43,873 nucleotides of DNA from contig JAFMHE010000001.1 of NCBI GenBank assembly GCA_017854675.1, positions 1 through 43,873 on the forward strand, given 5' to 3'. Of the stretch, positions 1 through 10,011 are shown piece after piece. Both the position numbers and the translations under genes were made by a program. Below the pieces are notes generated by a model. That model did not search any database. It was not told the DNA's origin and worked only from the letters and a program-made list of their open reading frames with translations. Numbering within the stretch: position 1 is the first letter of the stretch; every line of letters starts with the position of its first letter. The stretch comes from Paracoccaceae bacterium. GTDB taxonomy: Bacteria > Pseudomonadota > Alphaproteobacteria > Rhodobacterales > Rhodobacteraceae.

Positions 1-428
1 CCTTCGAAATGGGCGCCGCTTTCGATCGCGATGGTCTTGTGGATGATGTCACCCTCGACCCGCGCTGTTGATGTCAGCCGTACTTTCAGACCGCGCACAC
101 GGCCCACGATGCGGCCATTGATCACGACGTCGTCTGCAATCACTTCGCCCTTGATCGTTGCCGTCTCACCGATGGTCAACAAATGCGCGCGAATGTCACC
201 CTCGACCGTGCCTTCGACATTGATGTCGCCGGTGGTCTTCATGTTGCCCGTGACATGCAGGTCCGAGGATAACATAGATGCCGGTGGCTTTGCCTTGGGT
301 GCGCTTGCCTTGAATTCGCTTGGCGACGGTTGTGTCGATGCGGAAGGCATGGAGGGCACAGAAGAAGCGCCTGAGGTGTCGCCATCTCTGGCGGGTGCGG
401 GGTCGTTGATTTTGCTCTTAGAAAACAT
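1..428 (-). CDS. Bactofilin (polymer-forming cytoskeletal protein, BacA/CcmA family), 3' end outside window
   Basis: Not in ORF track. Manual translation from ATG at 428: MFSKSKINDPAP...SMLSSDLHVTGNMKTTGDINVEGTVEGDIRAHLLTIGETATIKGEVIADDVVINGRIVGRVRGLKVRLTSTARVEGDIIHKTIAIESGAHFEG. This shows bactofilin beta-helix repeats and an MFSK N-terminal peptide. Start overlaps the M23 gene end by 11 nt. Confidence 0.92.
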   Translation of the reverse strand, partial: MFSKSKINDPAPARDGDTSGASSVPSMPSASTQPSPSEFKASAPKAKPPASMLSSDLHVTGNMKTTGDINVEGTVEGDIRAHLLTIGETATIKGEVIADDVVINGRIVGRVRGLKVRLTSTARVEGDIIHKTIAIESGAHFE

Positions 429-1746
429 CGTTTGCAGCCTTGATATAGATCATGGGGTTAACAGCCTTGCCGCCCACGCGCACTTCATAGTGAAGATGCA
501 CGCCGGTCACACGTCCAGATGCTCCCATATCACCAATTCGTTGCCCGCGCGAGACCCTTTGCCCAACTTTCACACCAAAGCGGGACAAATGGGCGTAACG
601 TGTCTCGATCCCGAACTCATGCTGGATCTTCACGAGACGGCCATAGCCGGAACTCCAGCCAGCGTGGGTTACGACACCGTCGGCGGTTGAATACAGAGGT
701 GTGCCAAGCCCCGCGGCGAAATCAACGCCAGAGTGCATGCGCCGTCCACCTGTTTTGGGGTCACGGCGATAGCCAAATTGGCTGGTGAAACGGAAAGCAG
801 ATTTAAGCGGGCTCGCAAACGGCGCTTTCTGGGCGGCGATGCGGTAGAGGTTCAGGCGGTCCATTTGGTTCAACAGACGGTTTGCACGCAGTGTATCTGT
901 CGTGGGTTCTTCACCCCGCGTGGTAAACGACAGCGGTGCCAGCGGGCCACCCTGACCCGAATACCCGCGCCGCACGGTTGCCAGAATGCGGTCAGTTGGC
1001 ATGCCGGCATTGCGGAACATCTTGTCGAGCGGTGCTACAGAAACCGTCATCGCCTCTTCGAGCTGGCGAAAGATGGTGTCGTTCTGATCCTGCATCAATG
1101 CGATTTTCTGCTGCATCTCGTCTGCTTGCAGCAGCGCGTCCTGCGCATCCAGAATAACCTGATCACGTTCTTTTGCGGTGCGTGATAGCGCCTCTGCCAG
1201 AAAATCCATCGGCGCGGAATTTGACGCGGTCTGTACCAACCCGCTGCCGCCATTGTCCAATGACCCTTGCAAATCTGCCAATTGAGTACGGGCTGTTTCG
1301 CGATCTTTCATCGTGTTGCGCAGGGTCGTCTGGATCACTTCAATCCCGGTTTCAAGCTCGCGGCGGCGGGTCTCGGACTGCAACAACTCTGACTGCATCG
1401 CCGAGATTTGCTTGAGCGCGGCGTTAAACCGTTCCTGCGCGGCAAGCGCTTCGGTCGCGCGGGTATCGCGTTGGCCAGATAGATCGTTCAGCCGTGCTTG
1501 ATATGTGTTTTGATCGCGCTTGGCCTGTTCGCGGAAATTACCGGAACCAATGCTGTCCATCAAAATAACGGCGGTTGCTACGATGGCCCAAGCCACCAGC
1601 GCGGAACAGCCTGCAAAGGCGACCAATTGAGTACCGGGTCGGAGGCGGATAAAACGGGTGTCGTTGTCGGATTTCAGGAACACGCGCCGCTCTGGAAAAT
1701 ACCGCTCCAGAAACGCGTCAATTTTGATACCTGCCCGTGTCCGCAC
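418..1746 (-). CDS. M23 family metallo-endopeptidase with N-terminal TM and coiled coil (LmdC-like)
   Basis: GTG start. One TM, long coiled coil, C-terminal M23 motifs HSGVD, YAHL and HLHYE. Directly upstream of bactofilin. Confidence 0.92.
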   Translation of the reverse strand: MRTRAGIKIDAFLERYFPERRVFLKSDNDTRFIRLRPGTQLVAFAGCSALVAWAIVATAVILMDSIGSGNFREQAKRDQNTYQARLNDLSGQRDTRATEALAAQERFNAALKQISAMQSELLQSETRRRELETGIEVIQTTLRNTMKDRETARTQLADLQGSLDNGGSGLVQTASNSAPMDFLAEALSRTAKERDQVILDAQDALLQADEMQQKIALMQDQNDTIFRQLEEAMTVSVAPLDKMFRNAGMPTDRILATVRRGYSGQGGPLAPLSFTTRGEEPTTDTLRANRLLNQMDRLNLYRIAAQKAPFASPLKSAFRFTSQFGYRRDPKTGGRRMHSGVDFAAGLGTPLYSTADGVVTHAGWSSGYGRLVKIQHEFGIETRYAHLSRFGVKVGQRVSRGQRIGDMGASGRVTGVHLHYEVRVGGKAVNPMIYIKAANDVF

Positions 1747-1973
1747 GTTTACCTACCCTTGTCAGTGTCTCTGAAAGCACACCAACCTCCGTTGGTAAAC
1801 TTTGCTTCAAATGCATTATCCAGTGGGGGACGCTGGGGCAACCCTGTTGAACACAGACCGGCGGTGAAACCCGCAAGCTGTGCTGAATGGGCAAAAATCC
1901 GCCGATAACAACGACTTGGCGTACAGTGAATTGTCTACCCTGCTTGTGTACCTGCGCCAGGGACGGGGCGGCA

Positions 1974-2780
1974 CTATTGTGCTGTCAGGGGCCAGTAGAA
2001 ATCAGGTGGAATGCCTGCCTCTGCACGCTTCTCTTCATTGAAGGGTGGTTTCAGCATCCCGTGAAAGTATTTCCTGACCAAAGCATGAAACCGTTCTTTG
2101 GGGTCTTCATCAAAGCGGCCACATAAAAAGTGGAACCATTTGCTGCCGTAGGCCACATGCGCGACCTCTTCGCTATAGATCATTTCAAGAGCATCAACGG
2201 CGCTTTGGGCTTTGGCTTGCTTGAATATTTTGATCATGCCGGGGGTCACATCCAAACCACGTGCCTCCAGAACCATAGGAACCACGGCCAAACGGCCCAT
2301 CAGATCATCGGCGGTATCTTCGGCCGCGCGCCACATGCCGGCATGCGCGGGCAGGGCGCCATAAAAGCTGCCAACCTCCTCAAGGCAATCGGCCATCAGA
2401 TTGAAATGCTTGGATTCTTCATCCGCCGCCTTGACCCAATCATCATAGAAACCCATCGGCAGCTTTATGTCTGTGAACCGCGCGATAATGTCCCAGTGCA
2501 GATCAACGGCGTTCAATTCGATATGGGCCACAGCATGCAGTAGCGCGATGCGGCCCTCGGGCGTGCCGGGCTTGCGGCTCGGCACGTCGCGCGGGCTAAG
2601 CAGTTCGGGTGCATCGGGACGCGCAGGATGCATTGGCGGGGTTGCGTGGCCAATTTCCGGCATCTCGCCAGCCTCGCGCGCCCGTTTCCACTCAGCCGCA
2701 TAGCGCCGCGAAAGGGCGGTCTTGTCGCGACCGTCCGCGCAACGCAGCACGGCTTCTGCCATCTGGGCAAGCGGGATCAC
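1974..2780 (-). CDS. Ferritin-like domain protein (DUF455)
   Basis: HAVAHIELNA, DEESKHF, LEARGLD and EEVAHV di-iron-type motifs. 4-nt overlap with the bcp stop. Confidence 0.88.
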   Translation of the reverse strand: MIPLAQMAEAVLRCADGRDKTALSRRYAAEWKRAREAGEMPEIGHATPPMHPARPDAPELLSPRDVPSRKPGTPEGRIALLHAVAHIELNAVDLHWDIIARFTDIKLPMGFYDDWVKAADEESKHFNLMADCLEEVGSFYGALPAHAGMWRAAEDTADDLMGRLAVVPMVLEARGLDVTPGMIKIFKQAKAQSAVDALEMIYSEEVAHVAYGSKWFHFLCGRFDEDPKERFHALVRKYFHGMLKPPFNEEKRAEAGIPPDFYWPLTAQ

Positions 2781-3256
2781 AACGCGCGCACGGCCTCAAG
2801 GACGTCCTCGACATGGCCCGGAACTTTGACCTTGCGCCAGACTTGGGCGACTGTGCCGTCCGCCGCGATCAGGTAAGTGGCGCGCTCGATACCCATCGAC
2901 TTCTTGCCGTACATGTTCTTCTCGACCCAAACGCCAAATCCTTCGGTGATGTCGCCTGCCTCGTCAGAAATTAATGGCACGGTCAAATCATGCTTTGCAG
3001 CGAACTTGTCGTGCTTGGCCATCGTGTCGCGTGAAATGCCATAGACCTTGGCACCAGCAGCCTCAAAATCGGCAAGGCTGTGGGAAAAGCCGATGCTCTC
3101 TTTGGTGCAGCCCGGCGTGTCGTCGCGCGGATAAAAGAACAAAACAACCGGCGCGCCTTTCAGCGCGCTCAGGCTGACATTGCCGCCGCCGGTGACGGGG
3201 GCGTTAAAATCCGGCGCGATATCGCCGACTGCGGGGCCTTGGGGGGTATCGGTCAT
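2777..3256 (-). CDS. bcp: Peroxiredoxin Bcp/PrxQ
   Basis: FYPRDDTPGCTKE active site and GIERATYLI motif. Confidence 0.93.
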   Translation of the reverse strand: MTDTPQGPAVGDIAPDFNAPVTGGGNVSLSALKGAPVVLFFYPRDDTPGCTKESIGFSHSLADFEAAGAKVYGISRDTMAKHDKFAAKHDLTVPLISDEAGDITEGFGVWVEKNMYGKKSMGIERATYLIAADGTVAQVWRKVKVPGHVEDVLEAVRAL

Positions 3257-3340
3257 CTGTCACGTCTCTTTCACTTGGAAGCTATGTGGTTGACTGGCAT
3301 ACTAGGGCGAATTTGGCCCGTGCCAAGCCTGCAACCCCGG

Positions 3341-6300
3341 ATGATGATGCAAGACGACACTGTCCCCGTTCCGAAACCCCGCGCGCCTTTCTGGCGCCGG
3401 TTTGGGATATGGGCAGGCTCCAGCGTGTTTACCGTGCTGTTGCTGCTGGGGCTTGGCGTGTCTGGTGGCGCGATGGTCCTCAAGGACAGGCCACTGACCG
3501 CGCCCCCGTGGCTACAATCGCGCATCGAAGAAAGGCTTGCACAGGCAATCCCCCAAGCGCGGGTCAGTTTCGGCGAAATGGTCTTGGTGATCGAACAGGA
3601 CTGGGCACCGCGTATCCGTTTGCGCGATCTGGCGGTCACGACCCCTGACGGCGCAGAGATTATCCGGTTCAATGAGGTCAAGGCGACCTTTGCTGCCGCA
3701 CCGCTGCTTGACGGTGTGGTGCAGCCAAAGTCGGTTCTGCTGTCGGGTATCTTTGCAACGCTCCAGCGGACAGAAACCGGGGCGTTCCGCATCAGTGCGG
3801 GCCTTGATCCGGTCGCACCTGCGCGTCAGGCCGCGACTTTGCCGGAACTGATTGGCCAGATGGACACGGTATTGCAGCGCCCCGAACTGAGCGCGCTGCG
3901 CGAGGTTGATGTGCGGGCGTTGACCCTGCGCTACGAGGACGTCGCCGTTGACCGCGCATGGACTGTCGATGGCGGGCGTTTGCGCGCGCAACGTGACGGG
4001 ACTGCCCTGTCTCTGTCAGCCGATCTGGCGGTTCTCAGCGGCGGCGCAAGCGTGGCCACATTGGCGGCAAACTACGCCAGTGAAATTGGCCAGACCCAAG
4101 CCGAGTTCGGGATCAGCTTTGATGGTGTGGATGCCCGCGATATTGCCGCACAAGGCCCTGCATTCGCGTGGCTGGACGTGCTGCGCGCGCCGATTGCTGG
4201 CTCTGTCCGGTCGGGGCTGTTGCCCGATGGCCGGTTCGAGCAGTTGAATGCAACGCTGCAGATCGGGGCGGGCGTGGTTCAGCCCAATGACAGCACAACG
4301 CCGATCCCGTTCGAGGGCGTGCGCAGTTATTTTAGCTATATTCCCGAACAACGCCTGTTGCGGTTTGACGAATTCATGGTGCAAAGCGCTTGGGTTACCG
4401 GCCAAGCCTCTGGCACCGCGCAACTGGGCCTGACAGAGGACCGCCGCAAGCTGACGGATCTGGTTGCGCAAATCCAGATGCAAAACCTGAGCGCGAACCC
4501 AAACGGGCTTTATGCGCAGCCGGTTGATCTGTCTGGCGCTGACGCTGATTTCCGGTTGGAACTGGACCCTTTCCGCATGCAGCTGGGTCGCTTGCAGATC
4601 AACGATCAGGGGCGCACATTGCTGATGGACGGGCATCTGCGCGCTGACCCCGATGGATGGGATCTGGCGCTGGACGGCCAGATGGATGCGCTGGACCCCG
4701 ACCGGCTGCTGGCCCTCTGGCCCGAGGGGCTTGTTGAAAAGACGCGGCTCTGGCTATCCCAAAACCTGCTTGACGGGACTGTGCGGGATGTTGATCTGGC
4801 GCTGCGTCGCGCGCCGGGCCGTGCGCCCCAGACCTATGTGGGATCGTGCGGGATGTTGATCTGGCGCTGCGCCGCGCGCCGGGCCGTGCGCCCCAGACCT
4901 ATGTGGCGTTCGATTATGACGGCGCTGAGGTGAAATTCCTCAAGGACATGCCGCCCGTCAAAAATGCCGAAGGGCATTTCACGCTATCTGACACGCGGCT
5001 GGTTGTAAGCGTCGATGCAGGTCAGGTGACGCCAGACCAAGGCGACGCGATTGAATTGACAGGATCGTCGTTCATTTTGCCCGATATCACGGTCAAGGAC
5101 GGCTCTCCGGCTGTGATCCGGCTACAAACCCGATCAAGCGTCACTGCGGCATTGTCACTGCTGAATGTTCCGCCGCTAAGCGTGATGGATAAGGCAGGTC
5201 TGGCAGTTGCAATTGCTGACGGCCGCGCGGTCTTGGAAGGGACGCTGGCCGTGCCGCTGAAGCGCGGCGATGGCCTCAAGAACCTGCAGTACCACATGTC
5301 GGGTGATTTGACGGCTGTCGCATCTGAGACGCTGGTCAAGGGGCGGACTTTGCGTGCGCCAAAGATGCGCGTGACGGCGACAAATACCGGTGTCACGATT
5401 GCGGGATCAGGCGAAATTGACGGTGTGCCCTTCGATGCCACTTGGGCACAGCCGATTGGCAAAGGTGCCGACAAAAGCACGTTGCGCGGACAGGTGCGCC
5501 TGTCGAACAATGCGCTTGAAACCTTTGGTGTGCGTCTGCCGCAGGGGACAGTTTCGGGCACCGCACCTGCCCAGCTTGCGCTTGATTTCCAGCGCGGTCG
5601 TGCGCCGCGTTTCAGCGTGAACTCGCAACTGCGCGGGATCGGGTTGCGTGTGCCGCAAATATCGTGGTCCAAGCCCGCAAATCGAACTGCGCAATTGTCC
5701 GTTGCGGGCGCTTTGGGCGCCATACCGGTTGTGGATACATTGCGCCTTGAGGCGCCCGGATTGACCGCGTCCGGTGGTGTCGCGCTCAACCCGGGTGGCA
5801 CACTTGAACGGGTCCGCTTTGACACGCTGAAAGTTGGCGGTTGGCTGAATGCGCCGGTCGACATCTTGGGGCAGGGCGCGGGCAAGCCTGTTCAAATCGC
5901 CTTGCGCGGCGGGTCTGTTGATCTGCGCGCCATGGGCGAGGCGAGCGGTGGTGGGGGCGGTAACACAAGTGCACCCGCCGGGCCGCCGATGCAGGTGCGA
6001 CTGGACCGTTTGCAGATCACAGACACGATAGCCCTGACCGACTTGCAAGGTAGCTTTGGCACAGCAGGCGGGCTTGACGGGGCGTTTCGCGCGCGCATGA
6101 ACGGCGGCACTGCTGTCGAAGGGCGCGTCGTGCCGCAAGCGGGCCGGTCAGCCGTGCGCCTCATTTCCAGCGATGCGGGCGGGGTGTTGCGTTCAGCGGG
6201 ACTGCTCAAGCAGATCGAGGGGGGGCAGTTGCAATTGTTGCTGACGCCGGTCGGGAATGCGGGCGCATTCGACGGCACGCTGACGGTTGGTGCGGTGCGG

Positions 6301-6819
6301 GTGCAAAATGCGCCCGGTATCGCAGGGCTGGTGAACGCGATTTCGGTGGTTGGGTTGGTTAACGAGCTAAACGGCGACGGCATCTATTTCGAGGATGTCG
6401 AGGCGCAGTTCAGCCTCACGCCCAACCGTCTGACATTGCGCCAAGGCAGTGCCGTTGGCGCGTCCATGGGCCTGTCGATGGACGGGGTCTATGCCCTTGA
6501 TAGCGGTCAACTTGCCATGCAAGGCGTGATCACGCCTGTGTACCTTTTGAACGGGATCGGATCGGTTTTGACCCGCAAGGGCGAGGGGCTGTTTGGCTTT
6601 AACTACACCCTTGGCGGTGATGCCAAGGCCCTTGCGGTGTCCGTCAATCCGCTGTCGGCACTGGCACCGGGAATGTTCCGCGACATTCTGCGCAGCACGC
6701 CGCGCCAACCCACCACGGGCACGCGCAGTGGCCTGCCGGATGCACTTGCCGATACGCCAACGGGCGCGCCCGATACTGCAGCGCAGAAACCGGTTGCTCA
6801 GGGCTATGAAGGGCGCTAG
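3341..6819 (+). pseudogene. YhdP/AsmA-like (DUF3971 + AsmA_2) protein, frameshifted by a 65-bp duplication (real or assembly artefact)
   Basis: ORF 3080..4933 (likely start ATG 3341, N-terminal TM, beta-rich) and ORF 4846..6819 (AsmA_2-like C-terminus, GLFGFNYTL...VNPLSALAPG) share the peptide RDVDLALRRAPGRAPQTYV. Removing 65 bp gives one 3414-nt frame (1137 aa). Located between bcp and queA. Confidence 0.85.
4775..4906 (+). repeat. Tandem direct repeat, period 65 bp
   Basis: 4781-4841 matches 4846-4906 except T4807/C4872. The preceding hexamers are GGGACT (4775) and GGGATC (4840). Confidence 0.95.
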
Positions 6820-6828
6820 GCGGCGCGC

Positions 6829-7905
6829 ATGAAACTGTCTGACTTTGATTTTGACCTGCCCGAAGCATTGATCGCGACCCGTCCGGCGTCGCCACGGTCT
6901 TCTGCGCGCCTGCTGGTGGCGGATGGGGCAGAGATTCACGACCGCATTGTGACGGATCTGACCGATTGGCTGCGGGCGGGCGACCGTCTGGTGCTGAATG
7001 ACACCCGCGTGATTCCGGCGCGCTTGTCCGGCACACGCACCCGCGACAGTGCGCAGGGCCGTGTCAGCGCAGGCATCGAAGTCACGTTGCTGGAACCGCG
7101 CGGCGATGGCACATGGAGCGCGTTGATCAAGCCCTTGCGCAAAGTAAAAACGGGCGAACAGATCATTTTCAGTGATAGTCTGTCTGCAACGCTTGCGAGT
7201 ATCGCAGACGGACAGGGCCATCTGCGCTTTAATTGCAGTGGCGATGATTTTGACGCCGCATTGAATGCTGCCGGTGCTATGCCACTGCCGCCCTATATTG
7301 CCGCCAAACGTCCGGCGGATGCGCGTGATTTGACGGATTATCAGACCGTTTGGGCGCGCGCCTCTGGTGCGGTTGCTGCACCGACAGCGTCTTTGCATTT
7401 TGATGCGCCGCTGCTGGAAGCCCTTGCCGCCAAGGGGGTGACATTCAGCTACGTGACCTTGCATGTCGGCGCAGGAACGTTTCTGCCGGTAAAGGTCGAC
7501 GACATTGCGGATCACAAAATGCACGCCGAATGGGGACTGGTCACAGAACAAGCCGCCCGTGAAATCGCCGCGACCAAGGCGGCGGGCGGTCGTGTGATCC
7601 CCGTCGGCACAACCGCCCTGCGCCTGATAGAGACCGCAGGCCGCGCGGGTGCGATTGCACCATGGGAAGGCGACACCGACATCTTTATTACGCCGGGGTT
7701 CACATTTCAGGTGGCGGATGCGTTGATGACCAATTTTCATCTGCCGAAATCCACGCTGATGATGCTGGTCTCTGCTATGATGGGCACGCAAACCGTCAAA
7801 AACATCTACGCCCACGCCATCGCACAGGAATACAGGTTCTTTTCTTACGGTGATGCGTCTTTGTTAATACCAACGTCGCAAAAAGACGCTAAAGACCCCA
7901 AATAG
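6829..7905 (+). CDS. queA: S-adenosylmethionine:tRNA ribosyltransferase-isomerase
   Basis: [48 protein letters not shown] and YRFFSYGDA motifs. Confidence 0.97.
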   Translation: MKLSDFDFDLPEALIATRPASPRSSARLLVADGAEIHDRIVTDLTDWLRAGDRLVLNDTRVIPARLSGTRTRDSAQGRVSAGIEVTLLEPRGDGTWSALIKPLRKVKTGEQIIFSDSLSATLASIADGQGHLRFNCSGDDFDAALNAAGAMPLPPYIAAKRPADARDLTDYQTVWARASGAVAAPTASLHFDAPLLEALAAKGVTFSYVTLHVGAGTFLPVKVDDIADHKMHAEWGLVTEQAAREIAATKAAGGRVIPVGTTALRLIETAGRAGAIAPWEGDTDIFITPGFTFQVADALMTNFHLPKSTLMMLVSAMMGTQTVKNIYAHAIAQEYRFFSYGDASLLIPTSQKDAKDPK

Positions 7906-7973
7906 TCGCCTGTCGTTACGACCCACGCTGTCGCGGATGCCACTACCGACAAGACATCAAAAGGAATCGGATC

Positions 7974-9233
7974 ATGCTTCAGGTACTTTCCAGCGCTTGG
8001 GCGCTGCTTCTGGGCATGGGGTTGCTGATGATCGGCAACGGCATGCAGGGCACGCTGCTGGGTATTCGCGGCGCGCTTGAGGATTTTTCGACGTTTCAGA
8101 TGTCGATCGTGATGTCGTGCTATTTTGTCGGTTTTCTGGGCGGGTCGCGGATGGCGCCGGGGATGATCCGGCGGGTCGGACATGTGCGGGTCTTTGCGGC
8201 GCTGGCCTCGCTGATCTCTGCGGTGATGATCCTCTATCCCACTTTTCCCAATATCGTGATGTGGTCGCTTGGGCGTATCCTGATCGGATTTTGCTTTTCT
8301 GCAGTGTATGTGACTGCCGAAAGCTGGCTGAACAACGCGGCCACCAACGAAAACCGGGGGCAGGCATTGTCGCTTTATATGATCGTCCAGACTTTGGGCA
8401 TCGTGATATCGCAGGCGCTTTTGCTGACGGCTGACCCATCGGGCTATGTGCTGTTTGTGATCCCTTCGGTATTGGTCAGCCTCGCGATTACGCCGATCCT
8501 GCTGTCGATCAGCCCGACACCGGCGTTTGACACCACCAAACCAATGAGCCTGCGTGAACTTCTGGGCTTTTCGCCGCTGGGCTGCGTCGGCATGTTCCTG
8601 ATGGGGGGCATCTTTTCGGCGCAATTCGGCATGGCATCGGTTTATGGCGCCGAAGCGGGGCTAAGCGTGGCCCAGATTTCGACCTTTGTGGCGACCTTCT
8701 TTGTTGGCGCTGTGATGTTACAATACCCCATCGGCTGGATTTCGGACCGGATGGACCGGCGCGCCTTGGTTGTGGTGGTTTCTGCAATCGGTGCTGCAGG
8801 CTCAGCGGTCGGGATGCTGTTGGGGCATCAGTTCATCATGCTGCTGGTTTCTGCCTTTGTTGTGGGCGGTATGGCGAACCCGCTCTATTCCTTGCTGATC
8901 GCGCATACCAACGACTTTCTCGAACATGAAGACATGGCGGCAGCGTCGGGCGGTATGATATTTATCAATGGTTTAGGCGCTATTTTGGGTCCGGTGATCA
9001 CGGGCTGGATGATGGGCACTTCACTTGGGCCGGGGGGGTTCTACCTCTTTACCGGGATCCTCTTTGTTATTCTGGCCTTTTATGCGGCTTACCGCTCTGC
9101 GCGCGGTGCCGTCATCCCGGTTGAAGACAAAGGCAGCTATGTGCCGATCAGTGCCGCAGCAACCGGCGTTGCGTTGGAATATGCGCAGGAACTTGCCATT
9201 GAGGCGGATCAGGAAAACGAAAACGCCGCTTGA
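7974..9233 (+). CDS. MFS transporter (YcaD-like)
   Basis: About 12 hydrophobic segments; ESWLN...NRG and GWISDRMDRR motifs. Confidence 0.88.
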   Translation: MLQVLSSAWALLLGMGLLMIGNGMQGTLLGIRGALEDFSTFQMSIVMSCYFVGFLGGSRMAPGMIRRVGHVRVFAALASLISAVMILYPTFPNIVMWSLGRILIGFCFSAVYVTAESWLNNAATNENRGQALSLYMIVQTLGIVISQALLLTADPSGYVLFVIPSVLVSLAITPILLSISPTPAFDTTKPMSLRELLGFSPLGCVGMFLMGGIFSAQFGMASVYGAEAGLSVAQISTFVATFFVGAVMLQYPIGWISDRMDRRALVVVVSAIGAAGSAVGMLLGHQFIMLLVSAFVVGGMANPLYSLLIAHTNDFLEHEDMAAASGGMIFINGLGAILGPVITGWMMGTSLGPGGFYLFTGILFVILAFYAAYRSARGAVIPVEDKGSYVPISAAATGVALEYAQELAIEADQENENAA

Positions 9234-9282
9234 TAGCGATAACCATGTCGCTTTTGATACAATTCGTGAGTGGTTATTCAGG

Positions 9283-9298
9283 TTAACCTGTTCTTAAC
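9283..9298. promoter_or_regulatory. Putative CtrA binding site (TTAA-N7-TTAAC)
   Basis: TTAA CCTGTTC TTAAC is a perfect match, 40 nt upstream of the DUF924 start. Confidence 0.65.
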
Positions 9299-9337
9299 TA
9301 ATGTGAATAGCATAGCGCCCGTGTCCGGAGAGTTGTC

Positions 9338-9916
9338 ATGGTAAAGCCTGAAGATATTTTGCAATTCTGGTTGGATGAAACCGGGCCTTCCGGTTGGTAC
9401 GAGGCCAGTGATGCGCTTGATGAAACCATCCGCACCCGTTTCCTGACGGCCTGGGAGGAAGCCTGCCAAGGCAAGTTCTCGCTTTGGCTGACCTATCCTT
9501 CGGGCGCGCTGGCCTACATTATCTTGACCGACCAGTTCTCTCGCAACATGTTCCGCGGCTCTGACAAGGCATTCGCCTCTGACAAACTGGCTTTGGCAGT
9601 TGCCAAACTGTCGATCCAGCGCAACTGGGACATGAAGATCGACGAACCTGCGCGGCAGTTCTTTTACCTTCCTTTGATGCATTCTGAAAACCTGTGTGAT
9701 CAGGACCGCTGTGTGCGACTGATGTGCGAGCGGATGCCAGAAACCCGGCAGAACAATCTGCTGCACGCCCGCGCCCACCGCGACGTGATCCGGCAGTTCG
9801 GCCGTTTCCCCTATCGCAATGCCGCACTCGGGCGCAAAGTCACACCGCTTGAGCAGACCTATCTGGACGGTGGCGGGTACGGCAGCACACTGCGGACCTT
9901 GCAGGCGGCCGCATAA
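9338..9916 (+). CDS. DUF924 family protein
   Basis: ILQFW, DQFSRNMFR, FFYLPLMHSE and FGRFPYRN motifs. Confidence 0.92.
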   Translation: MVKPEDILQFWLDETGPSGWYEASDALDETIRTRFLTAWEEACQGKFSLWLTYPSGALAYIILTDQFSRNMFRGSDKAFASDKLALAVAKLSIQRNWDMKIDEPARQFFYLPLMHSENLCDQDRCVRLMCERMPETRQNNLLHARAHRDVIRQFGRFPYRNAALGRKVTPLEQTYLDGGGYGSTLRTLQAAA

Positions 9917-9961
9917 GAACATCCCACGCCTCGCTTGCTGAGGTTGTAGCCCTGCGGTATG

Positions 9962-9979
9962 TAGTTTAACGGTAAACTA
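9962..9979. promoter_or_regulatory. Palindromic operator upstream of lpdA (LacI-family CceR/GapR-like)
   Basis: TAGTTTA-ACGG-TAAACTA: perfect 7-bp arms around a central CG, about 30 nt before the lpdA start. Confidence 0.5.
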
Positions 9980-10011
9980 TATTTGTAACACCTACCCGCG
10001 AGGTTTCCGTC

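Noticed and set aside
4781-4906. Direct repeats as a CRISPR array
   Set aside because: Only two copies, about 61 bp long, with a 4-nt gap, inside a coding region, and no cas genes.
6367-7815. 482-aa minus-strand ORF
   Set aside because: Antisense shadow of queA and the yhdP-like 3' end; no recognisable motifs.
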